NCBI RefSeq assembly: GCF_963921235.1
Contig: NC_086097.1
Coordinates: 120,964,001 to 121,028,000, forward strand
Length of the DNA: 64,000 nucleotides
Direction: 5' to 3'
Source: Mobula hypostoma
Taxonomy: Eukaryota
Below, piece by piece: positions 38,780 to 49,616 of this stretch; position 1 is the first letter of the stretch, and each line of letters starts with the position of its first letter. The notes below the pieces were generated by a model. It had not been told where the DNA came from. It was given only the letters and a program-made list of their open reading frames with translations, and made no database searches. Both the position numbers and the translations under genes were made by a program.

Positions 38780-39732
38780 GCATATGCTAGCGTGGAATGC
38801 TAAATCCTATTTTCATTGATGAAAATATATCTTTAGATGATTTGACTGACAGTTGTGTAAATTTCTAATGTCGGTTATTCTCCTTCCTCCTTCTGTCCTA
38901 GTGTGTTCGAGTGCACATAGTGTTTTTGAAAATTAACAATTTATGTTCTTATTTTTCTTTGTAAATTTTTCAGATCCATTTCAGGCCAATATAATATGCC
39001 AAAATAATACTTTAAAATGTGTATAGCAGATGTGTTTATTGCCTTTATTAAATTTTTACTATTAAGCTCTACTTGGCAGATTTTCTTAAGTCTTGAAGTA
39101 AATTCTATCAAAATCCTTTTATTGCACTAAGCTCTATTTTCTTTATTGGTGATATCCCAGATATTTAAATATTTCATATTCATCAATCAGTTGTACTGTA
39201 TCTTGCTACTCTGTTTTATGTTCTTCTTGCTCTTTTGCACCTTTATGTTTAATGTTTTGCACTTATTTAGTCCAAAGTCTATGTTTATATTTTTCGGAAA
39301 TAGTTCTACTATTTGAATTGTTTTAACTTAACTGATGAAGGAGTGTATAATTTCAAATCATCCATGTATAGAAGGTGTATCAAGATCTAATTCATTTGGT
39401 TGTTTCTGATTTGATACCCGATTTTCACTGATTCAGTAATTTAGAATGCAGGCTTAAAGCTCGGCAAAACCATTGTGGACTTAAGAGAGTTGCTCTGGAA
39501 CATGCTTTGCTTTATTTTGATAATAGTGGTTATTGTTTTTGGCTGTTAATAGAATGATTATAGTATGCCAATACTTCACATGATGTTGTAGGAATTTTGT
39601 AAGTATTAAAAACTTCTATTAACCATGAGAGTGGGACAGAATCAAGTGCTTTTTTGTAGTCAATATAAGAATATGAAAGACTGCTGCTTTTCAGCCGGGC
39701 TTGATTTAGAATTACAGAATCTATTATCAAGG

Positions 39733-40548
39733 TTTCAAGGTTTCAAGGTTTCAAAGGTACATTTAATGTCAGAGAAATGTATATAATATACATCCTGAAA
39801 TTCTTTTTCTTCACAACCATCCATGAAAACAGAGGAGTGGCCCAAGGAATGAACAACAGTTAAATGTTTAGAACCACAAAGTACCCCCCCCCCAGCTCCC
39901 CTCCCTCCCACGCAAAAGTGGCAGCAGAGCAACAATTCCCCCTTCCCCACACCAGCAAAAAAAATCATCAGCACCCACCACTGAGCACTCAAGCATGAGC
40001 AAGGCAACGATAAAGACACAGGCTTGCAGTTACCCCAAGACTACATTGTTCACCTGGCATTCGACATGCCACTGGCTCTCTCTCCCTTATATGGGAGAAA
40101 GAGGTGCCTCTATTTCACAGTGAGCAGGGAGACAAAACAAACAACTCACTGGCTTACGATGTTAAAAGTCCATTATGGTGCTTTTTTCGAGCTCTGTGCC
40201 CAAAGATCTCGAGTCTCTGTGCACACAGCGATAGATATTCTGACTCGCCCAACGACACACAGGTCTCCTGCCATAACAACAACCTTCAATCCACCCATCT
40301 CCAGAGCCCAGAGATCCTAGGCTTCCAAATTTGAGCCAGACTCTCGGTCTGAACCCTTGGCGTGCTGAACAACGGCCAGTTATGAAACCCCGAGAGCAAG
40401 TCCTATTCCCACAAAGAACCGTATTCAGCGTGTAACTCCAGGTCAAGGTCTTCAAAGGAACCCTGAAAGGGAAAATAGAGATATTAAAGATGGAAATAGA
40501 GCTGTTTCCGAAGATGCAAGCAAAAGTGCCATCATCACTTCGCTCCAC
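39733..40548 (-). mobile_element. Non-coding ~0.8-kb retroelement inserted in the R4 RT
   Basis: Short tandem tail (TCAAGGTT)n at the left end. The R4 reading frame resumes on both sides. Confidence 0.65.
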
Positions 40549-40588
40549 CTCTGAGTTCAGTTGTTCTGACATCCTTTCATTCCCTTAC

Positions 40589-40836
40589 TATTATGTTTTG
40601 TAATTTCAAAACATTAAACCAATTCAAAGGAAGACATGGGAGTCCAAAATGTGAGTCTGACTTCATGTTTACTTTAAGCAAGGCGCGCTCATATCATGTG
40701 GTGGCGTGATAACATATGCAATTCACGTATTTATACATATAACACATAATGAATTACTTAAATGAACAAGAATGTTTAATCAAACAATATACATTTAAGA
40801 TTACTCAAATATTATTGAAATATTAAATACCTAACA
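40589..40836 (-). repeat. 3' LTR of the RBM25-carrying element
   Basis: Direct repeat of 43257-43495. Confidence 0.9.
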
Positions 40837-41122
40837 CCTTCCCTGCTTTGCTATAAACTCCAAATCAATACAGAATGTATCTCAACCATATACACAATAA
40901 ACTACATAATCCAACTCGTAATCAGACATTCACAGCATAGTCCCATTCAGGCTTAAATATTTATTGCTGTGGAGGCATTCTTACTCTTGTGTGATAACAT
41001 CTTTCCTGACAAGAGGAATCCCTCTGCTTGTGAAAACAATCTCAGGTTCTGAGACCTCCTCATGGTGGTTATTGGAGTTGAATCTGAGACTGCAGGAAGT
41101 GGATCTGACAACTCCAGGCATA

Positions 41123-41649
41123 TTTCTTCTTTTTCCCTTTGCTTCCATTTTGTGCATCTTAACGTTAGGAAGGTGCATTCAGTTCACTGGAGTATTCTCT
41201 TATTTATCCTTCTTCTGCTACCTTTTCAATCTGATCTCTCCTCTAGGTTTCCTCATCCACATTATCTGATGAACCCTCTGCTTTTGACTCCTTTCTTTTT
41301 GACCTTCCATTCATCCAGTTGGGTTTTGTTCTTTGCATTTACCTTTACAATCAGATTTTTATCTCACACTTGAAGTTCATTCAATAACCTTAATGCATAC
41401 AGAGTAGATACTCAAAAAAACCAAATGCTTTCAACTTTCCTAAAGCTCCTTGAACTCTCTGCTAGTTCAACACCAAGCCACCTTTCGCACATAACTGCCT
41501 GATAAAGATATCAGAAGCTTTCTTAGATGTGTTGCCTACAAAAACTGTTGTTGTTGGACCAGTGCTTTTGTCACTTTCACGTTTCCTCTGAGCAGAATGG
41601 TCCTTCCAATATGCTTTCCAACCAGAGACACAGAGGTTGGCACAAACAC
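41123..41649 (-). pseudogene. RBM25: Intronless fragment of RNA-binding protein 25 (N-terminal RRM region)
   Basis: Translates across frameshifts and stops as VFVPTSVSLVGKHIG / KDH...GPTTTVFVGNTSKKASDIFIRQLCAKGGLVLN*QRVQGALGKLKAFGFFEY / STLYALRLLNELQ / DKNLIVKVNAKNKTQLDEWKVKKK / VDEET*RRDQI...IREYSSELNAPS. This is colinear with vertebrate RBM25 as I recall it. Confidence 0.88.
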
Positions 41650-42194
41650 ACATTTGTTGTCTGTTGGACAACACTTCATGGTGTTCTGCACAGAGACAGT
41701 TGTTCAGTACCTTTCTTAATTTACTTCCAAATTAAGTTGTCTTTATTGTAGGGGATTTGGCATGCAAATGATGAACAGATCTCCAACCAATTTGTAGTTG
41801 CCTCAGCTAATCACGGCCCCACGATACTGGCCCTCCTGTTTTTACCATATACAAGCTCAATGTGGCTTGTTGGTTATGGTATTTCATTCCCACAGCAGTT
41901 ATCTTTTTCTCCAGTATAAGTTCTTTGTTGAATATCTGCAGGTTTCAGTTTAGTATCTTTGACATGCTGTTCAAACTCATTTTGTGGAATGAATGAAACA
42001 GTCAAATCAGTGTCCAAATCGATTTTAATTAATTTGCCATTCACTTTAGGCATAAGCCATATTGTTGTCTATTGTTAGTTTTCACATTGAAGGATAAGGA
42101 TACCCAGTCCTGTATCACTGTCATTATTATCAGATTTTTCATCAACAGCATGCAGATTAGTGCTCTTTTTGAAACTGCAACTTGATTTTCTTTT

Positions 42195-42317
42195 CGCAAA
42201 CAACGCTCTTCCTTCAGTTAGTCCTGACGAAGGGTCTCGGCCTGAAACGTCGACTGTACCTCTTCCTATAGATGCTGCTAGGCCTGCTGCGTTCACCAGC
42301 AACTTTGATGTATGTTG
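42195..42317 (+). mobile_element. Penelope pseudo-LTR mini-insertion inside the Gypsy gag
   Basis: 14-bp TSD CTTGATTTTCTTTT at 42181-42194 and 42318-42331. Begins with an inverted 10-nt pLTR terminus CGCAAACAAC. Confidence 0.9.
42220..42255 (+). ncRNA. Minimal type I hammerhead ribozyme motif
   Basis: AGTC-CTGACGA-AGGGTCTCGGCCT-GAAAC-GTC-GACT, identical to the 18143-18178 copy. Confidence 0.8.
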
Positions 42318-43256
42318 CTTGATTTTCTTTTATCTTTTTCTCTTTGCTGTTCAGTACATTTATTTTTGTCCACCCTGTATGAGTCCTACTTTGTTGTAAT
42401 TTCTGAAAGTTTTGCCTTTAAATTTGCATTGAACTGTGTAAGTGAACCCCTGCCACAACAGTAACACAATTTGTTTGGCATAGCTAGTTTCTGTTAAGAC
42501 ATTGAAATTTTGCTATTGCTCATTTTCATTCCTGATTGCAACTCAATTGCATCTCTATCTGCTGTTTCTATTTATACAGCCATTTCAACTGCCCTTTTAA
42601 ATGTAAGTTGTGCTTCAGTTAGGAGCTGTTTTTGAATGCTTTCTTGTAAGATTCCACGGACTAAATGATCTCATAGTACATCATTAAGTCCATCATTGAA
42701 CTAACAGTGCTCAGACAATTTCTTCAGGACTCCCCTTCCTTTTGATTCCACTTATGAAACCTAAAGCATTCTGCAATCAACAATGGCTTTAGTTCTAAAT
42801 GTTCCTGTGTTACCTTGACAATATTAGCAAAGCTCATTTCTACTGTTTTAGTTGGAGCAAAATTTGAAGCAAACTGTATGCCTTTAAATCCAATGCGCTC
42901 AGCAAAATTGGTATTTGTTTCTCATTGACTATTTCATATGCTTCGAAGTACTGTTCAATTTGCTCAGAATATAAAATCCAGTTATCTGTTGTATAATCAA
43001 GCATGTCTATCTGTCATTCTGATGTAGCCAGCCATTTTTGCTCTTTTTTATGATTCTTATCATCCAGTACTCAAATTTTTGAACCCTGAATTCCTCCATT
43101 TACTGCTATTTTTCAACTTGACTGCTTCTGCATGTGCTGGACTGCATTCTTTACTTGCTGTCCCTCACTGTGTTTTTTTTTTAGTTCAAGCATCTCGTTG
43201 TGCTTCAACAGATCAGTACCCATCTCAGATTTATTTTAAAAATACCTTGTCATCAA

Positions 43257-43495
43257 TGTCGTGTTGTGCAACTTCAAAGCATTAAACTGATAAAGACACA
43301 GGAGTTCAAAATGTGAGTCTATCTTTGTGTTATACTTTAAGCAAGGCACACACCAATCATATGATAGCATGGTGACATATGCAATTCACATATTTATACA
43401 TATAACCTATAATGATTTATTTAAACAAGAAGGCTTTATAAAACAATATACATATAAGATTAGTCAAATATTACTGAAATATTAAATACACAACA
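43257..43495 (-). repeat. 5' LTR of the RBM25-carrying element
   Basis: TGT...ACA ends; direct repeat of 40589-40836. Confidence 0.9.
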
Positions 43496-43829
43496 CTTAC
43501 GGCATCCGTTCTGCTCTTCTGTAAGTATATTGTGTTTGTCTGAGTGGTGATTAGTTGTGAGATACATGATGATACAATTTTATATGTAGTTTGTAAACAA
43601 ATAAATTGATGTTATCTGTGATTTCTCCTTTAAGTAAGAAGTATGTTCTACTTTCTGTCAAAATGTCGAGCACTTTTTCAGGATTTTTAATAAAATTGTG
43701 ATATGTATTAACAGGTACAGATGAAGACAAATAAACCTTATATCAATAATTATGAATATTATCACTGACTGTTTTTCAGTTATTGACTTCTGTATGTTAT
43801 GTGTGTTTCAAATAATTATGTCCACAATT

Positions 43830-46800
43830 AAGTTGTTTGAGAAGTTGGTCATGACTAGGCTGAACTGCCTCAGCAAGGAGCTGGACCCACTGCAATTTGC
43901 CTATTGCCATAATACGTCAATGGCAGATGCAATCTCAATGGTTCTTCACATGGCCTTAGACCACCTGGACAATACAAACAACCTATGTCGGGATGCTGTT
44001 CATCAACTACAGCTCAGCATTTAATACGGTCATTCCCACAATCCTGATTGAGAAGTTACAGAACCTGGCCCTCTGTATCTCCCTCTGCAATTGGATCCTA
44101 ACTGGAAGACCACAGTCTGTGCGGATTGGTGATAACGTCTCCTCCTCACTGACAATCAACAGCGGTGCACCTCAGGGGTGTGTACTTAACCCACTGCTCT
44201 ACTCTCTCTATACCCATGACTGTATGGCTAGGCATAGTTCAAATACCATCAATAAATTTGCTGATGATACAAGCATGCAGGCAGTGACCAGCGGAAAGGA
44301 TGATGCTCTGGAGGATGAACAAGTGGCTGAGGAACTGGTGTAGGGGGCAGGGTTTCAGATTTCAGGTTCATTGGGACCTCTTCTGGGGCAGGTGGGACCT
44401 GTACAAGAGAGACGGGTTACACTTGAACTACAGGGGGCCAATATCCTTTCAGGGAGGTTTGTTAGTGCTATTGGGGAGGCTTTAAACTAGATTTTCAGGG
44501 GAATGGGAACCAGAGTGCCAGAGCTGACAGTATGGCTGGGGTGAAAATAAATGTTGTCAAAAGTTCAAGCAAGTCCGCTAATAGAAAGGTTGCGAGTGGT
44601 GGTAAAAATCTTCTGAGGTGTATATATTTCAATGCTAGGAGTATTGCGGGGAAGGTGGATGAGTTGAGGGCGTGGATTGACATGTGGAATTATGACGTTA
44701 TAGCAATTAGTGAAACTTGGCTACAGGAGGGGCAGAACTGGCAGCTTAATATTCCAGGTTTCCGATGTTTCAGATATGATCGAGGCAGAGGAATGAAAGG
44801 TGGGGGAGTAGCATTGCTTGTTAGGGAAAATATTACAGCAGTGCTCAGGCAGGACAGATTAGAGGGCTTGTCTACTGAGTCATGGGTGGAGCTGAGAAAC
44901 AGGAAAGGTATGGCCACATTAGTGGGATTGTATTATAGACCACCCAATAGTCAACGAGAATTGGAAGAGCAAATCTGCAGGGAGATAGCAGGCAACTGCA
45001 GGAAACATAAAGTTGTGGTGGTAGGGGATTTTAATTTTCCATATATTGATTGGGACTCCCATACTGTTAAGGGTCTAGATGGTTTAGAGTTTGTAAAATG
45101 TGTTCAGGAAAGTTTTCTGAATCAGTATATAGAGGGACCAACTAGAGGGGATGCAATATTGGATCTCCTGTTAGGAAACGAGTTAGGACAAGTGACAGAA
45201 GTCTGTGTAGGGGAGCACTTTGGTTCCAGTGATCATAACACCATTAGTTTCAACTTGATCATGGACAAGGATAGATCTGGTCCTAGGGTTGAGGTTCTTA
45301 ACTGGAAGAAGGCCAAATTTGAAGAAATGAGAAAGGATCTAAAAAGCATGGATTGGGACAGGTTGTTCTCTGGCAAGGATGTGATCGGTAGGTGGGAAGC
45401 CTTCAAAAGAGAAATTTTGAGTGTGCAGAATTTGTATGTTCCTGTCAGGATTAAAGGCAAAGTGAATAGGAATAAGGAACCTTGGTTCTCAAGGGATATT
45501 GCAACTCTGAGAAAGAAGAAGAGGGAGTTGTATGACATGTATAGGAAGCAGGGTGCTTGAGGAGTATAAGAAGTGCAAGAAAATACTTAAGAAAGAAATC
45601 AGGAGGGCTAAAAGAAAACATGAGGTTGCCTTGGCAGTCAAAGTGAAGGATAATCCAAAGAGCTTTTACAGGTATATTAAGTGCAAAAGGATTGTAAGGG
45701 ATAAAATTGGTCCTCTTGAAGACCAGAGTGGTCGACTATGTGCGGAACCAAAGGAAATGGGGGAGATCTTAAATAGGTTTTTTGCATCTGTATTTACTAA
45801 GGAAACTGGCATGAAGTCTATGAAATTAGGGGAAACAGGTAGTGAGATCATGGAAACTGTACAGATCGAAAAGGAGGAGGTCCTTGCTGTCTTGAGGAAA
45901 ATTAAAGTGGATAAATCCCTGGGACCTGACAGGGTGTTCCCTCAGACCTTGAAGGAGACTAGTGTTGAAATTGCAGGGGCCCTGGCAGAAATATTTAAAA
46001 TGTCGCTGTCTACGGGTGAGGTGCCGGAGGATTGGAGAGTGGCTCATGTTGTTCTATTGTTTAAAAAAGGATTGAAAAGTAATCCGGGAAATTATAGGCC
46101 GGTAAGTTTAACATCGGTAGTAGGTAAGTTATTGGAGTGAGTACTAAGAGACAGAATCTACAAGCATTTGGATAGACAGGGACTTATTAGAGAGAGTCAA
46201 CATGGCTTTGTGCATGGTAGGTCATTTTGACCAATCTATTGGAGTTTTTCGAGGAGGTTACCAGGAAAGTGGATGAAGGGAAGGCAGTGGATATTGTCTA
46301 CATGGACTTCAGTAAGGCCTTTGACAAGGTCCCGCATGGGAGGTTAGTTAGGAAAATTCAGTCGCTAGGTATACATGGAGAGGCGGTAAATTGGATCAGA
46401 CATTGGCTCAATGGAAGAAGCCAAAGAGTGGTAGTAGAGAATTGCTTCTCCGAGTGGAGGCCTGTGACTAGTGGTGTGCCACAGGGATCAGTGCTGGGTC
46501 CATTGTTATTTATCATCTATATCAATGATCTAGATGATAATGTGGTAAATTGGATCAGCAAATTTGCTGATGATACAAAGATTGGAGGTGTAGTAGACAG
46601 TGAGGAAGGTTTTCAGAGCCTGCAGAGGGACTTGGATCAGCTGGAAAAATGGGCTGAAAAATGGCAGATGGAGTTTAATACAGACAAATGTGAGGTATTG
46701 CACGTTGGAAGGTCAAACCAAGGTAGAACATACAGGGTTAATGGTAAGGCACTGAGGAGTGCAGTGGAACAGAGGGATCTGGAAATACAGATACAAAATT

Positions 46801-48140
46801 CCCTAAAAGTGGCATCGCAGGTAGATAGGGTCGTAAAGAGAGCTTTTGGTACATTGGCCTTTATTAATCAAAGTATTGAGTATAAGAGCTGGAATGTTGT
46901 GACAAGGTTGTATAAGGCATTGGTGAGGCCGAATCTGGAGTATTGTGTTCAGTTTTGGTCACCAAATTACAGGAAGGATATAAATAAGGTTGAAAGAGTG
47001 CAGAGAAGGTTTACAAGGATGTTGCCAGGACTTGAGAAACTCAGTTACAGAGAAAGGTTGAATAGGTTAGGACTTTATTCCCTGGAGGTAGAAGAATGAG
47101 GGGAGATTTGAAAGAGGTATATAAAATTATGATGGGTATAGATAGCGTGAATGCAAGCAGGTTTTTTCCACTGAGGCAAGGGGAGAAAAAAACCAGAGGA
47201 CATGGGTTAAGGGTGAGGGGGGAAAAGTTTAAAGGGAACATTAGGGGGGGCTTCTTCACACAGAGAGTGGTGGGAGTATGGAATGAGCTGCCAGACGAGG
47301 TGGTAAATGCGGGTTCTTTTTTAACATTTAAGAATAAATTGGACAGATACATGGATGGGAGGTGTATGGAGGGATATGGTCCGTGTGCAGGTCAGTGGGA
47401 CTAGGCAGAAAATGGTTCGGCACAGCCAAGAAGGGCCAAAGGGCCTGTTTCTGTGCTGTAGTTTCTATGGTTTCATTGTTGGTAGAATCATAGATGGCAA
47501 TGAGAGGGCACACAGAAGCAAGATATACCAACTAGTGGAGTGGTGTCATAGCAACAACCTGGTACTCAACGTCAGTAAGACGAAAAGGCTGACTGTTGAC
47601 TTCAGGATGTGTAAGACGAAAGAACACATATCAATCCTCATAGAGGGATCAGAAGGGGACAGAGTGAGCAGTTTCAAGTTCCTGGGTGTCATGGTCTCTG
47701 AGGATCTAACCTGGCCCAACATATCGATGCAGTTATAAAGAAGGCAAGACAGCAATACTTCATTAGGAGTTTGAAGAGATTTGATATGTCAACAAAAACA
47801 CTCAAAAACTTCTATAAATGTACCGTGGACAGCATTCTGACATGGTATGTTGGGGAGATGGGGGGAGGACAGCTGCAGAGGGTCGTAAATCTGTCTGCTC
47901 CATCTTGGGTACTAACCTACAAAGTACCCAGGACATCTTCAAGGAGCGGTGTCTCAAAAGGTAGCGTCCATTATTAAGGACCTCCAGCACCCAAGGCATG
48001 CCCTTTCTCACAGTTACTGTCAGGTAGGAGGTACAGAAGCCCAATAGCACACACTCAGCAAATCAGGAACAGCTTCTTCCCCTCTGCCATCCGATTCTGA
48101 GATGGACATTGAACCCATGAACACTACCTCACTCCTGATA
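43830..48140 (+). mobile_element. Old Rex1/Babar-type LINE split by a CR1
   Basis: [21 protein letters not shown] and FADDT up to 44271. Resumes at 47474 with IVGRI...WC..NNL.LNVSKTK...FKFLG. Confidence 0.85.
44272..47473 (+). mobile_element. Near full-length CR1: end of ORF1 (esterase-like) and complete APE-RT ORF2, inactivated
   Basis: ORF1 end DLYKRDGLHLN. APE motifs YFNARSI, SETWL, VGDFN, SDH. RT motifs YMDFSKAFD, FADD. Frameshifts at about 45557 and 47090, stop at 46138. Tail TTTCTATG. Confidence 0.97.
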
Positions 48141-48886
48141 CTTTTGCAATCCAAAGGTTCTTCTGAAGTCAAGAATGAGGCATAAAACTTGTTGCTTACA
48201 ATTGTTTTATTAAATGTTACCAGAACAAAGAAGAAGTGTTGAGAGAACACAGAAAAGAACAGATTAAAAGTACTTCTCATACTCCGACTAGATATAGCAA
48301 AATTTATTTGATAATAATTAGTGTTTAAAATAGCCAGATTCATGTAGCATGACACCTGCTACTGAAAACTAAGAAGTTTCTGAAAAATACAGAAGTAACT
48401 GTCCCATCATTACTGAAAAATTGACTGAACAATTAATGCATTACATTACATACATTATATAAAAATCCAAGCAATCATAGGAAAGTTAAACTACAAGGAA
48501 AATACAAGAAAAATAGCAATACTACATTCTAGTTGAAATACAGGATATTCAACGGTTTTATAATGATTGAGGAGTAAGATATTTATGGTGAGAGGAGATG
48601 GAAACTATCACGGGTGGCTTTGACCCTGTGGGATGATGTTGATCGGCTATCTGCATTACTTCTCACACTCTGAGATTATCCATTCAGCTGGTCACTGCCT
48701 GCATGAGTGCGTAATCATTACCACCCACTCTCCTGCCTGCTGATTCTGGGGGAGGGCCGGAATCATTTACTATGCTTGGAGAATTTTTTGGTCATTTTAT
48801 CGTTCAGGACAGAGGGAAGGGTCTTAACACTTCTTAAAGTGTTTATACACAGGTTACTGAATATTTCGTAGGATGGGGGGTAGGCT

Positions 48887-49595
48887 GAAGGCTCGTGCTT
48901 GAAGGCTTCCCCCGGACAAGCTCTGACTGGTGAAGGAGGAGTTCAAGAAGATGGAGGAATTGGGGATCATACGACGGTCTGACAGCCCATGGGCCTCCCA
49001 CCGGCACATGGTGCCCAAGGCAACGGGGGGCTGGAGACCATACGGTGACTACCGCAGACTGAATGAGGCTACAATGCCAGACCACTACCCTGTGCTGCAC
49101 ATTCAAGACTTCACAGCAAATCTGCACGGCGCAAGGATCTTTTCCAAGGTAGACCTCGTCCGGGGTTACCATCAAATCCAGTACATCCGGATGACATCCC
49201 CAAAACAGCACTCATCACCCCATTCGGACTTTTCAAATTCCTCCGAATACCGTTCGGTCTAAAGAATGCCGCATAGACTTTCCAGCAGCTAATGGACGCG
49301 GTGGGACGCGACCTGGACTTTGCATTCATCTATTTGGACGACATCCTCATAGCCAGCAGTAGTCGTCAAGAGCATCTGTCCCACCTCCGCCAGCTCTACT
49401 CCCGCCTGAGCGAATTTGGCCTCACAATCAACCCAGCCAAATGCCAGTTCGGACTCGACACCATCGACTTCCCGGGCCATAGGATTACTAAAGACGGGGC
49501 AACCCCGCTGCCCGCCAAGGTAGACGCGGTCCGCCACTTCCCCCAAGCCAACACAATCAAAGACCTGCAGGAATTCGTGGGTATGGTGAATTTCT
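48887..49595 (+). mobile_element. Isolated Gypsy RT fragment
   Basis: SPWAS, GDYRRLN, FSKVDL, PFGL, PFGLKNA, FIYLDD, KCQFG. Confidence 0.9.
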
Positions 49596-49616
49596 ACCTC
49601 GTCCGGGGATACCATC

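Larger units (their letters stand above)
40589..43495 (-). mobile_element. Non-autonomous Gypsy (Mag-like) LTR retrotransposon carrying a captured RBM25-like cDNA fragment
   Basis: Two LTRs, 5-bp TSD CTTAC (40584-40588 and 43496-43500). PBS-like TTGATGACAAGG beside the 5' LTR; PPT AGCAGGGAAGG beside the 3' LTR. Gag DNW.LY.EQIEQYFEA, L*DHLVRGI, CYCCG knuckle. Protease LDTD..VS and GRD*L. Integrase C-terminal tail at about 40960-41120. RT/RH/IN core absent. Confidence 0.92.
36040..43825 (-). mobile_element. R4/Dong-clade non-LTR retrotransposon (RT plus restriction-like endonuclease), split by four insertions
   Basis: Minus strand, in order: NILTEEQNGCRK//GMKGCQ (43530 to 40565), IIDSVI...YIDYKKALDSVPLSWL (39630-39730), HLLYMDDLKLY (about 39360), GDLFLETEE//LVAI*EQV, CRK(W)...ETIQHI..SC...YLHRH (36460-36560), HNNCPDII...LIEVAIP (36300-36370). 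Confidence 0.85.

Noticed and set aside
41123..41649. Functional RBM25 gene or exon
   Set aside because: Multiple stops and frameshifts, no splice-site framing, and it lies inside an LTR element. Treated as a captured pseudogenic fragment.
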